Positions 1-8,296 of a DNA stretch of 64,000 nucleotides are shown one piece after another. Both the position numbers and the translations under genes were made by a program. The stretch's first letter is position 1. The number at the start of each line of letters is the position of its first letter. The stretch is from an uncultured bacterium (GTDB lineage Bacteria; Hydrothermota; Tepidihabitantia; Tepidihabitantales; DTDR01), in assembly GCA_964505415.1 (NCBI GenBank), contig CAZDHW010000002.1, positions 45,226-109,225 on the forward strand. Direction: 5' to 3'. The notes under the pieces are model-generated. The model worked only from the letters and a program-made list of their open reading frames with translations, had not been told where the DNA came from and did no database searches.

Positions 1-320
1 GCACAGGAATAATTAAAATCAAAAGGTAATATTTTTTTGGCCAATAAAATATCAGAATTTAAAATCTGATTTTGCAAAACCTTGGTATAAGTACTAATTA
101 CCACTCTTTTGTTATATTTCTTAGCATAAAGAATTGCTGGTAAAAGATAACCAAGAGTTTTGCCAACACCGGTTTCGGCTTCAATGAGTAAAATTTCATT
201 ATTTTCTAAGGCGTTATAGATTGCCCAAGCATAGTCAATCTGTTCTTTTCTTTCTTCGTATTTTTTACCAAAAGAAGTAAAAACTTCGGGAATTTTTTGG
301 AAGATTTCACTAATTTTCAC
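1..320 (-). CDS. DinG/Rad3-family ATP-dependent DNA helicase, N-terminal fragment (gene runs off window start)
   Basis: Minus-strand translation of 1-320 gives ...FGKKYEEREEQIDYAWAIYNALENNEILLIEAETGVGKTLGYLLPAILYAKKYNKRVVISTYTKVLQNQ..., the DEAD_2/DinG Walker-A region. It is absent from the ORF track because the window edge truncates it. Start codon (GTG near 320 or nearby) is uncertain. Confidence 0.5.
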   Translation of the reverse strand, partial: MKISEIFQKIPEVFTSFGKKYEERKEQIDYAWAIYNALENNEILLIEAETGVGKTLGYLLPAILYAKKYNKRVVISTYTKVLQNQILNSDILLAKKILPFDFNYSC

Positions 321-699
321 GAATGTTTTTTTTTATTAACTTTTTTTCTGTAGGAAAGTATTTTTTTACAAACTCTTCTTCAAAGTCAAAGAAATTATGG
401 AAATCCTCTTTTTTATCATTTTCGCGTTTTGATAAGATTTTTGCTTCACAGAGATTAAAAACAATTTCACCGACATCGTCAGTCGATTTTATACCCCAAT
501 ATTCTAAAACCGTCTTTGCCATGATGCCAAATTCTTTTTGTGCCAATTCTTTGAATCCCAAAAGTAATTCTTTACTGGATATATGAGAAGAAACTCTTAA
601 TTTTCTTTTAGTATATTCTAAAGCATCTAAAATAAAAAGATAAGCCGCTTTTTTATATTGAGGGTTTTTTTTAACCAGTTCATCAATTTTATCATTCAT
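310..699 (-). CDS. conserved hypothetical protein (129 aa), family uncertain
   Basis: Intact ORF in the same orientation, immediately upstream of the helicase fragment. No signal peptide. It resembles a widely conserved uncharacterised small protein family from memory only. Confidence 0.45.
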   Translation of the reverse strand: MNDKIDELVKKNPQYKKAAYLFILDALEYTKRKLRVSSHISSKELLLGFKELAQKEFGIMAKTVLEYWGIKSTDDVGEIVFNLCEAKILSKRENDKKEDFHNFFDFEEEFVKKYFPTEKKLIKKNIREN

Positions 700-1871
700 A
701 CTTTTGCTAAAGCTTGCGCCAAATCTTCAATAATATCTTCCGCATCTTCAATTCCTACTGACATCCGAACAAGTCCTTCACTAATTCCTGATTTTTCTAA
801 ATCTTCTTTAGAATAAGCAAAATGGGTCATTGAGGCTGGATGTTCAATTAAAGTCGCTGTATCTCCCAAACTAACGGCACAAACACAAAGTTTGACATTA
901 TTCATCAGTTTTCTGCCAGCTTCCCGACCGCCTTTCAATTCAAAAGCAATCATACTGGAAAAACCGTTCATTTGTTTTTTGGCTATTTCATGTTGGGGGT
1001 GTGTTGGCAAACCCGGATAGGAAACGTATTTTACTTGGGGATGATTACTTAAAAATTGGGCTACCTTTAAACCATTTTCATTATGTTTACTCATTCTTAA
1101 AGCCAAAGTTTTTAAGCCTCTTAATAATAACCAGGCATTAAAAGGACTTATTACCGCCCCAAAATTTCTTATTAGATTTTCTTTAAGAATTTTTATAATT
1201 TCCTTATTGCTAATTACTACTCCCCCGAGCGTATCACCATGTCCAGAAATATATTTGGTTGCCGAATGGAGAGAGATGTCGGCTTTTAATTTTAATGGTT
1301 TTTGATTAAAAGTTGTTGCGAAAGTATTATCTACTACTACCTTAGCATCATACTGATGAGCAATTTCACTGGCTTCTTTGATATCAATAACTTCGATGGT
1401 CGGATTTGTTGGGGTTTCAATAAAGACAATTTTAGTTTTTTTGTTTATCTTGTTTTTCAATTCTTCAATAAAATTTTTTGCCAAAAGCCATTTGACAGTA
1501 ATCCCAAAATTAGGTAGTAAAGCGGTAAAAAGAGAATAGGTGCAGCCATAGATAGGATAAGAAGCTAATATTTCATCACCAGCCTTAGCTAATCCAAAAA
1601 TTACTGCGGTTATAGCCGCCATGCCAGAAGCAAAAGCACAGGCATCTTCGCCTTCTTCTAGAAAAGCCATTTTTTCTTCAAAAGCCCGAATAGTTGGATT
1701 ACCTAAGCGGGTATAAAAATAACCCTCTTTTTCCTTAGCAATAATACTAGCACCTTCTTCGGCCGAAGAAAAAGTAAAAATTGCGGTTTGATAAATTGGC
1801 ACCGACAAAGAGCGGGTCGTTTTTTCACCCAAAATTTCTTTTCCGTGGACATATTTAGTAAATTCTCGCAT
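696..1871 (-). CDS. Cys/Met-metabolism PLP-dependent enzyme (methionine gamma-lyase / O-acetylhomoserine sulfhydrylase family)
   Basis: PLP-lysine motif SATKYISGHGD and overall family similarity. The likely true start is the internal Met of MREFTKYVHG (ORF track extends to 1901). Confidence 0.85.
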   Translation of the reverse strand: MREFTKYVHGKEILGEKTTRSLSVPIYQTAIFTFSSAEEGASIIAKEKEGYFYTRLGNPTIRAFEEKMAFLEEGEDACAFASGMAAITAVIFGLAKAGDEILASYPIYGCTYSLFTALLPNFGITVKWLLAKNFIEELKNKINKKTKIVFIETPTNPTIEVIDIKEASEIAHQYDAKVVVDNTFATTFNQKPLKLKADISLHSATKYISGHGDTLGGVVISNKEIIKILKENLIRNFGAVISPFNAWLLLRGLKTLALRMSKHNENGLKVAQFLSNHPQVKYVSYPGLPTHPQHEIAKKQMNGFSSMIAFELKGGREAGRKLMNNVKLCVCAVSLGDTATLIEHPASMTHFAYSKEDLEKSGISEGLVRMSVGIEDAEDIIEDLAQALAKV

Positions 1872-1939
1872 GTTTTCCCCTTTTTTAAAAAATATTAACA
1901 ATTAACTTTTAAAAATCAATAATTCGGTTATAATATATA

Positions 1940-2533
1940 ATGAAAACCAAAGAAGAGATAAGACAAGAAATTTGGGAATATATGGAAAAAAATAATTTAG
2001 TAATCTTTCCCCGTCCTTGTTATGGTCGAATTCCTAATTTTATTGGAAGCGAAAAAGCAGCTGAAAAGTTATATAAAATAAAAGAATTTCTAAAAGCTAA
2101 AGGAGTCTTCTCGGCTCCCGATAGTGTGTTAAAAGCAGCGCGGAAGATAGTTTTAAAAACCGGAAAAAGTTTAATTGTTGCTTTGCCACATATTGAAGGT
2201 TATTTGGAGATAAAAGGAAAAGAGTTAGCTGATAAGGCAATTACCATTAAAAATTTTAAAAAATATGGAAAAGAACCAAAGACTTTTATTGAAATTTTTC
2301 TTCAAGGAAGTGTGGCAGTAGATTTAAAAGGTAATCGTTTAGGGAAAGGAAAAGGTTACGGTGATAAGGAGTATTACGAACTTAAAAATAAAGGACTTTT
2401 AAAAAATCCTTTAGTAATCACCATTGTTCACGATTGTCAAGTATTGGAAGATTTTTCTTACTTAGCCGAACCTCACGATATTAAAGTGGACATAATTTTA
2501 ACCCCTACGCGAATCATTAAAACGGAAAAGTAA
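1940..2533 (+). CDS. 5-formyltetrahydrofolate cyclo-ligase
   Basis: 197 aa with a YgfA/MTHFS-like N-terminus (KEEIRQEIWEYMEKNNLVIFPRPCYGRIPNF) and the typical ~190 aa size. Confidence 0.75.
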   Translation: MKTKEEIRQEIWEYMEKNNLVIFPRPCYGRIPNFIGSEKAAEKLYKIKEFLKAKGVFSAPDSVLKAARKIVLKTGKSLIVALPHIEGYLEIKGKELADKAITIKNFKKYGKEPKTFIEIFLQGSVAVDLKGNRLGKGKGYGDKEYYELKNKGLLKNPLVITIVHDCQVLEDFSYLAEPHDIKVDIILTPTRIIKTEK

Positions 2534-3058
2534 ATTTTCGATTTCTTTTTTTAAGATTGATAAGAGAAGGTCACGGTTTTGAAAAGTGATTTCATAAATT
2601 TTTGCTCGGGAAAATTTCTCTAATTTTTCAATAAAATCAATTTGGGCGACAGGAATAGTAGCCACAATAATTTTATCTAAATTAAAAATCATTTTAATCT
2701 TTTCTTTAAACTTTTCTGAAAGAAGTTCCATTTTTCCAATTTCGTCAAGTAAAATAATCGGCTTCTCTTTTGCTTTTTCTAATTCAGGAAGCACTATTTT
2801 TTCAAACTCTTCAATGGCTACATAATATTTAGAAATTCGATAAGAGGATTTAAAATTAATGTGAGCCAATATTCCGGAACCACTATGAAAGGTGATAATT
2901 TTAAAACCAACCCGATTTCCCTTTTCTCTTATTTCTTCAGTGTAAAAGCCACCAAGTTTTTTGGAGTCAAAAGCAAGCGTTAGCTTTTTGATCAAAGTTG
3001 TTTTTCCGATACCAGGTTTACCTTTAATTAAAAATATTGATTTATCAGAAATTTTCAT
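2498..3058 (-). CDS. nucleoside-triphosphatase, THEP1/NTPase_1 family
   Basis: N-terminal P-loop MKISDKSIFLIKGKPGIGKTTLIKKL and an LLDEIGKMEL Walker-B-like segment, ~180 aa as for MJ1559-type NTPases. Its 3' end overlaps the convergent 5-FCL gene by 36 nt. Confidence 0.65.
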   Translation of the reverse strand: MKISDKSIFLIKGKPGIGKTTLIKKLTLAFDSKKLGGFYTEEIREKGNRVGFKIITFHSGSGILAHINFKSSYRISKYYVAIEEFEKIVLPELEKAKEKPIILLDEIGKMELLSEKFKEKIKMIFNLDKIIVATIPVAQIDFIEKLEKFSRAKIYEITFQNRDLLLSILKKEIENLLFRFNDSRRG

Positions 3059-3071
3059 TATTATAATTTAT

Positions 3072-3145
3072 GGGCGGTTAGCTCAGTTGGTCAGAGCGTC
3101 GGTCTCACATACCGAAGGTCAGAGGTTCAAATCCTCTACCGCCCA
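3072..3145 (+). tRNA. tRNA-Val (anticodon CAC)
   Basis: Cloverleaf parsed by hand. Acceptor GGGCGGT/ACCGCCC, D-arm GCTCAGTTGGTCAGAGC, anticodon stem TCGGT/ACCGA with loop CTCACAT (U33, anticodon CAC), T-arm AGAGGTTCAAATCCTCT, discriminator A. No encoded CCA. Confidence 0.85.
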
Positions 3146-3171
3146 TTTATTAATTAAAAAATTAATTTCAG

Positions 3172-3492
3172 TTAATTTTGTGGAGGATTAATTTTTACAA
3201 TTTCAATTTCAGTGAGTAAAGGTCGAAATCCCTTTTTGCGGCGATAATTTTCTCGCCGGCGGAATTTAAAGACAATAATTTTTTCACCTTTAAAATGAGA
3301 AAGGATTTTTGCTTCAATAGAAGCACCTACCACTTGGGGAGTTCCTACCCAAACTTTATCATTAGATTTTAAAAATAAAACTTTATCAAATTTTACAATC
3401 TCACCCACCGCTGCTTCAATTCGGGGTACTATTAACTTTTCGCCTTCTTTTACAAAATATTCAAAACCTTTAATTTCAGCAATGGCAAACAT
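3172..3492 (-). CDS. rplU: 50S ribosomal protein L21
   Basis: MFAIAEIKGFEYFVKEGEKL...KGEKIIVFKFRRRENYRRKKGFRP is a typical L21 sequence. Confidence 0.9.
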   Translation of the reverse strand: MFAIAEIKGFEYFVKEGEKLIVPRIEAAVGEIVKFDKVLFLKSNDKVWVGTPQVVGASIEAKILSHFKGEKIIVFKFRRRENYRRKKGFRPLLTEIEIVKINPPQN

Positions 3493-3494
3493 TT

Positions 3495-3770
3495 TTACCT
3501 TCCTTGTTTTTCAACAGGTATTGGTTTTTGTTGTATTTTTTGAATTCTTGGCTGCGAAGCTATTACTAAAGTTATGGAAGTGATTAACATTAAAGCGGCA
3601 ACCACTGAAGTTACTTTAATCATAAAAGGAGAAATTCCGCCGCCACCAAAAATAGACTCACTACCGCCAAAAACTAAAGATATTCCGCCTTTTTGGGGTT
3701 GTTGCAGAAGAATAATAAATATCAGTATTAAACAAATAAAAATATGCAAAATTAATAAAAATGTAAACAT
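3495..3770 (-). CDS. secG: preprotein translocase subunit SecG
   Basis: Hydrophobic N-terminal helix with LILIFIILLQQPQKGG and a glycine-rich FGGSESIFGGGG segment. Sits directly downstream of tpiA as in many bacteria. Confidence 0.7.
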   Translation of the reverse strand: MFTFLLILHIFICLILIFIILLQQPQKGGISLVFGGSESIFGGGGISPFMIKVTSVVAALMLITSITLVIASQPRIQKIQQKPIPVEKQGR

Positions 3771-3794
3771 ATGTTTTATTTTAATAAAAAATTT

Positions 3795-4550
3795 TTATAA
3801 ATCAAGATTAACAATATAGGTGAATTCATCTAATTTAATACTAGCGCTGCCAATAAGAACACCATCAATTGATTCGGTTTTTAATAATTCCCTAATGTTT
3901 TTCTTATTGACACTTCCACCATAAATGATCCGCATGTTTTCACTGGTTTCTTCACCGTAATTATCTTTTATAAAATTGCGAATAAATTGGTGAACTTCAC
4001 TTGCCTCTTCAGGGGTAGCATTTTTGCCAGTCCCGATGGCCCATATGGGTTCATAAGCAATTACCATTCCTTCAATTTTTTTTATATCTTTTAAATCAGC
4101 TTTTAATTGGCTTTCAATAATCGTTAAAGTTTTTCCTGTTTCTCTTTCTTCTAAATTTTCGCCCACACAAAGAATCGGTTTTAAATTAAGACTTAAAACT
4201 TTTTTAATTTTTTTATTTATCATCTCGTCATCTTCGCCAAAATATTTTCTCCTTTCCGAATGACCAATTATCACATACTCACAACCTAAAGCCAAAAGAA
4301 AAAGTGGAGATATTTCACCAGTGAAGGCTCCTTTATCTTCCCAATGGGTATTCTGGGCACCTAATTTTATTCCACTATTTTTAATAATTTCCGAAACTAT
4401 AAAAAGACTAGTAAAAGGCGGGAAAATAACAATTTCTTTGTTTTCAATATTTTTTGCTGCTTTTAATAATTTTTCTATAAATTCTTTACTTTCTAAATGA
4501 TTAAAATTCATTTTCCAATTGCCGCCAATAAAAACTTTCCTTTTTCTCAT
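3795..4550 (-). CDS. tpiA: triosephosphate isomerase
   Basis: MRKRKVFIGGNWKMN... with catalytic-loop motifs (AYEPIWAIGTG, IIYGGSV). Confidence 0.95.
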   Translation of the reverse strand: MRKRKVFIGGNWKMNFNHLESKEFIEKLLKAAKNIENKEIVIFPPFTSLFIVSEIIKNSGIKLGAQNTHWEDKGAFTGEISPLFLLALGCEYVIIGHSERRKYFGEDDEMINKKIKKVLSLNLKPILCVGENLEERETGKTLTIIESQLKADLKDIKKIEGMVIAYEPIWAIGTGKNATPEEASEVHQFIRNFIKDNYGEETSENMRIIYGGSVNKKNIRELLKTESIDGVLIGSASIKLDEFTYIVNLDL

Positions 4551-4554
4551 ATTT

Positions 4555-5721
4555 TCACAAAAGTGCTTTTAGACCCGGTAACTCTTTACCTTCTAAAAAT
4601 TCCAAAGTTGCACCACCAGCCATAGAAAGAAAAGAATATTTATCAGCCAGATTAAATTTATTTATCGCCGAAACAGTATCACCACCACCAGCTAAAGAGA
4701 AAGCTCCTTTGGCGGTTGCCAAAGCAATAGCTTTGGCGACCTCTCGAGTTCCGCACGCAAAAGGTTCAATTTCAAAAATTCCTAAAGGTCCACAAAAAAT
4801 AATAGTTTTTGCTTCAGAAATAATTTTTACATAATGGGCAATTGTTTCTTTGCCGATGTCAACTCCGTAATAATCCTTTCGCATTTCTTTAACCGGAGTA
4901 TTATAATAATGAGCATTTTCTGAAATTTCTGAAGCAATTAAAATATCTGAAGGTAAAACTATTTTTTTTTCTTTAGCTAAAATCTCAGCTTCTTTTAAAA
5001 AGTTTTCTTCATAAAGAGATTTTCCAATTTCGTAATTTAACGCTTTAAAAATAGTGAAAACCACTCCGCCACCTAAAAGGATTTTATCAACCTTAGGCAA
5101 GAGGTTTCTTATTACTCCCAATTTATCTGAGATTTTAGCACCGCCAATTATCAAAACTACTGGTTTTTGAGGTTGTTCAAAAATCTTTTTTAGATTTTCC
5201 ACTTCTTTCAAAAGTTGAAAACCAGCCCCTTTTTCTTTGATAAATTGAGTAATACCCACAATGGAAGCATGAGCTCGATGGCAAGTCGAAAAAGCATCGT
5301 TTACATAAACATCTATCTCTTTAGCTAATTCTTGAGCGAAATTTAAATCGTTTTTTTCTTCTTCATCATAAAATCTTAAATTTTCTAAAAGATAAATCTC
5401 ACCAACTTTTGCTTCCCTTTTGGCCTTTAAAACTTTTTCTCCTATACAATCATCTAAAAAATTTACTTTTTTATTTAAAAGTTTTGTTAAATGAATAGCT
5501 ATAGGTGATAAAGAAAATTCACCTGTTTTTTTTCCTTTTGGACGGCCAAGATGGGAAGCAATAAAAATAGTGCACGGATAATTTAAAAGGTAATTTATAG
5601 TTTCTAAAGAAGCTTTAATCCGAGAATCATCAAGAATTTTCCCTTCTTTTAAAGGGACATTATAATCTACTCGTAAAAATATTTTTTTGTATTTTAAGTC
5701 GATATCTTTTATTGATTTCAT
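4555..5721 (-). CDS. pgk: phosphoglycerate kinase
   Basis: 388 aa with PGK signatures (RVDYNVP, ASHLGRP, GGGDTV). Confidence 0.95.
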   Translation of the reverse strand: MKSIKDIDLKYKKIFLRVDYNVPLKEGKILDDSRIKASLETINYLLNYPCTIFIASHLGRPKGKKTGEFSLSPIAIHLTKLLNKKVNFLDDCIGEKVLKAKREAKVGEIYLLENLRFYDEEEKNDLNFAQELAKEIDVYVNDAFSTCHRAHASIVGITQFIKEKGAGFQLLKEVENLKKIFEQPQKPVVLIIGGAKISDKLGVIRNLLPKVDKILLGGGVVFTIFKALNYEIGKSLYEENFLKEAEILAKEKKIVLPSDILIASEISENAHYYNTPVKEMRKDYYGVDIGKETIAHYVKIISEAKTIIFCGPLGIFEIEPFACGTREVAKAIALATAKGAFSLAGGGDTVSAINKFNLADKYSFLSMAGGATLEFLEGKELPGLKALL

Positions 5722-5729
5722 ATTTTAAG

Positions 5730-6740
5730 TTATTTTAATTTTTGACCAACCAAACAAGCCAGATCCACCACTCGGCAAGAGTAACCCCATTCATTATCGT
5801 ACCAACCATAAACCTTCACAAAATTTCCAGCGATTACTTCGGTTAATGTAGCATCAAAAATACAAGAATAAGGGTTACCAATAAAATCTTGAGAAACTAA
5901 TTCTTCTTCCACATACTGAAGATATTTGTGCAAATAGGTTTCACTTGCTCTTTTAAAAGCTTCGTTTACCTCTTCTTTTGTTGTTTTCTTTTCTACCTCG
6001 CAGGCAAGGTCAACAAGGGAAACGTTAGCTACTGGTACTCGTAAAGCAATGCCCGAAATTTTCCCTTTTAATTCTGGGAAAATAACACCTATCATTTTGG
6101 CGGCACCGGTAGAAGTGGGAATTATTGAGAGAGCACAGGCACGAGCCCGGCGAAGATCTTTATGAGGAGCATCTAAAATTTTTTGGTCATTAGTATAAGC
6201 ATGAACAGTCGTCATATAGCCGCGTTTAATTTTGAAATTTTCGTGAAGGACCTTTATTAATGGCAAAAGACAGTTAGTTGTACAAGAAGCGTTAGAAATG
6301 ATGTGGTCTTTTTCTGGTTCATAATCATTTTCATTAATACCTAAAACGAAAGACTTAATTTCCTTTTCATCCTTGGGTGGAGCGGTTAAAATCACTTTTT
6401 TAGCCCCATTTTTAATATGATATTCTAATTCTTCTTTTTTCCGAAAAACTCCAGTAGCCTCAATAACAATATCAACATTTAAATTACCCCAAGGTAAATT
6501 TTTAAGCTCTTTTTCGTTAAAAACTAAAATCTCTTTACCGTTAATAATTATTCGGTCTTCCAATCCTTTAACTTGGTAAGGAACTTGACGATGAACCGAA
6601 TCATATTTAAAAAGGTGAGCTAAAATTTTTCCATTAGCGATATCATTAATAGCTACAAATTCTAATTCTTTTCTTTCTAAACCAATTCTTAAAACTAATC
6701 GACCGATTCTTCCAAAACCATTTATCGCTACTTTTGCCAT
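5730..6740 (-). CDS. gap: glyceraldehyde-3-phosphate dehydrogenase, type I
   Basis: MAKVAINGFGRIGR Rossmann N-terminus and the ASCTTNCL active-site cysteine motif. It heads the gap-pgk-tpiA-secG-rplU minus-strand operon. Confidence 0.95.
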   Translation of the reverse strand: MAKVAINGFGRIGRLVLRIGLERKELEFVAINDIANGKILAHLFKYDSVHRQVPYQVKGLEDRIIINGKEILVFNEKELKNLPWGNLNVDIVIEATGVFRKKEELEYHIKNGAKKVILTAPPKDEKEIKSFVLGINENDYEPEKDHIISNASCTTNCLLPLIKVLHENFKIKRGYMTTVHAYTNDQKILDAPHKDLRRARACALSIIPTSTGAAKMIGVIFPELKGKISGIALRVPVANVSLVDLACEVEKKTTKEEVNEAFKRASETYLHKYLQYVEEELVSQDFIGNPYSCIFDATLTEVIAGNFVKVYGWYDNEWGYSCRVVDLACLVGQKLK

Positions 6741-6817
6741 ATTTACCCCTCCCTTATAATAATCTTTTATTATAAAGAAACTTGAAAAAAAATCAAGTTT
6801 TAGTATTCTATTTAACT

Positions 6818-8206
6818 ATGAAGGTAATTCTTGCAGGTTATAATGTAGATATTAAGATTCTGAAAAAGATTTCTGAAAAATATAAAAAATTTTTGACTCC
6901 AGAAACTTTTTCTTGTGCCTATGCCCGTATTAGTCGTTACGATTTATCTGTTGACAAATTGAGAGAAAAAGCTTTAAAAGAGATTAAAGAAGCAAGAGAA
7001 ACAAACAAGAGAATTATTTTTGAAATGGGACATTCTTCGGTTGCTGAGCACGCCGTTTTCAATATCGATATTATTGAAATATCTCGTTTGGCGGTTGAGG
7101 AAGTTGAGCATTTTCGTTTGGCTTCTTATACAGAAAAATCGCAAAGATATGTGAAACTAAAAGAAGGTTTTTTTATCCCACCAGAAATAAAAAATAGTAA
7201 AATAGAAGAAAGATACAAAAAAATTGTAAAAAAATTATTTTTTACTTATGAAAATTTTATAAAAAAGGGAATACCAAAGGAAGATGCTCGTTATCTTTTG
7301 CCTTTAGCTACTTATACTCAATTAGGGATGACAGTAAATGCTCGCACTTTAGAATACATGCTAAGGAAATTTGCTGCTTCTTATCTATTAGAAATAAAAG
7401 AATTGGGGAGAAAAATTTTTAACAAAGTAAAAAGAGTTGCCCCATCCCTTTTGCGTTATTATTTACCAACCGATTATGAAATAAAAACCAAGGAAGAATT
7501 AAAAAATCTTTTGCAAAAATTTTCTTATTTTATTTCTGAAAAAGAAGAAAAGGAAAATGTGAAATTAATTGCTCATTATAATAACGATTTAATCCCTAAA
7601 GCAATTTTGTATCCTTATTTTTCTAATCCTTTTCCTAAAAATTGGCAATTAAAAGAAGAAGAAAAACTTACCATCATTAAAAAAAGTTTAGAGTATTTAG
7701 AATTTTATGATGCAGTTTTGAGAGAATTTGAATTAGGATTTTTAGTTTTTGAAGTTATTCTCAGTGCGGCTGCTTTTGCTCAATTAAAAAGGCATCGTTT
7801 AATAACATTAATAACCCAGCCTTACAATTTGGATTTAAAATTTACTATTCCACCAACAATAATTGAAAAAAATTTAGAAAAGGAATTTAAAGAAGCAGTA
7901 GCTGAAGTTGAAGAATTTTATGTTCTTTTAAGGGATAAATTAGATCCTTATAATGCTCAATACATCCTAACCAATGCCCATCGACGAAGAGTGTTGGTAG
8001 GAGTAAATCCTCGGGAGCTTTATCATTTTTCTCGTTTAAGAGAAGATAAAGACGCCCAATGGGAGATAAAAATAATTGCCCAGAAAATGAGCCAATTGGC
8101 AAAAGAAAAAATGCCGGAAATATTTCTTCTTCTCGGCGGTAAAGATAAATATCCCGAAATATATTTTTCAGTTTATCAAAAATATCCCAAATTTTTTCCT
8201 AAATAA
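6818..8206 (+). CDS. thyX: flavin-dependent thymidylate synthase ThyX, tandem (duplicated) ThyX-domain protein
   Basis: Two ThyX-like halves. Half 1 has GHSSVAEHAVF...EHFRLASYTEKSQRY and half 2 has LKRHRLITLITQPYN...NPRELYHFSRLREDKDAQWEIKIIAQKM. ATG at 6818 (MKVILAGY) is preferred over the TTG at 6782 used by the ORF track. Confidence 0.8.
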   Translation: MKVILAGYNVDIKILKKISEKYKKFLTPETFSCAYARISRYDLSVDKLREKALKEIKEARETNKRIIFEMGHSSVAEHAVFNIDIIEISRLAVEEVEHFRLASYTEKSQRYVKLKEGFFIPPEIKNSKIEERYKKIVKKLFFTYENFIKKGIPKEDARYLLPLATYTQLGMTVNARTLEYMLRKFAASYLLEIKELGRKIFNKVKRVAPSLLRYYLPTDYEIKTKEELKNLLQKFSYFISEKEEKENVKLIAHYNNDLIPKAILYPYFSNPFPKNWQLKEEEKLTIIKKSLEYLEFYDAVLREFELGFLVFEVILSAAAFAQLKRHRLITLITQPYNLDLKFTIPPTIIEKNLEKEFKEAVAEVEEFYVLLRDKLDPYNAQYILTNAHRRRVLVGVNPRELYHFSRLREDKDAQWEIKIIAQKMSQLAKEKMPEIFLLLGGKDKYPEIYFSVYQKYPKFFPK

Positions 8207-8262
8207 TATTTGAGTAAATAAAAACATAATAAAAATTATTTGATTTGTTCCAAATTTTGAAA

Positions 8263-8291
8263 TTGACTAATTTAATTCTTTTGAATATAAT
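8263..8291 (+). promoter_or_regulatory. sigma70-type promoter (TTGACT-N17-TATAAT) ending 5 nt before the ATG; probable leaderless transcript
   Basis: TTGACT at 8263-8268, a 17-nt spacer, TATAAT at 8286-8291, ATG at 8297. No room for a Shine-Dalgarno sequence. Confidence 0.4.
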
Positions 8292-8296
8292 ATAAA

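Noticed and set aside
323-586. 87-aa plus-strand ORF antisense to the 129-aa gene. Similar antisense/overlapping ORFs are at 1302-1517, 2961-3191, 3574-3819, 7887-8102, 10085-10267, 12889-13092, 13566-13757, 16382-16576, 18634-18819, 20350-20568, 24641-25072, 27161-27579, 27879-28181, 28663-29175, 31621-31815, 34394-34597, 34912-35178, 35960-36181, 41242-41427, 41647-41829, 42728-42928, 43447-43674, 45067-45812, 47082-47264, 48051-48326, 49353-49581, 54011-54271, 55013-55246, 55858-56043, 56755-57144, 62764-62964 and 63111-63302.
   Set aside because: Each lies antisense to, or inside, a longer ORF with clear homology. They have low-complexity Phe/Ser/Ile/Lys-rich composition typical of chance ORFs on the opposite strand of AT-rich genes.
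3146-3171. AT-only palindrome (AATTAATT aaaa AATTAATT) between tRNA-Val and the rplU 3' end as a bidirectional terminator.
   Set aside because: The stem is exclusively A-T and would be too unstable to call an intrinsic terminator.
6782-6817. TTG-initiated 12-codon N-terminal extension of thyX used by the ORF track.
   Set aside because: ThyX homologs begin at the MKV(I/L)L position. The extension would leave only 41 bp of divergent promoter space from gap.
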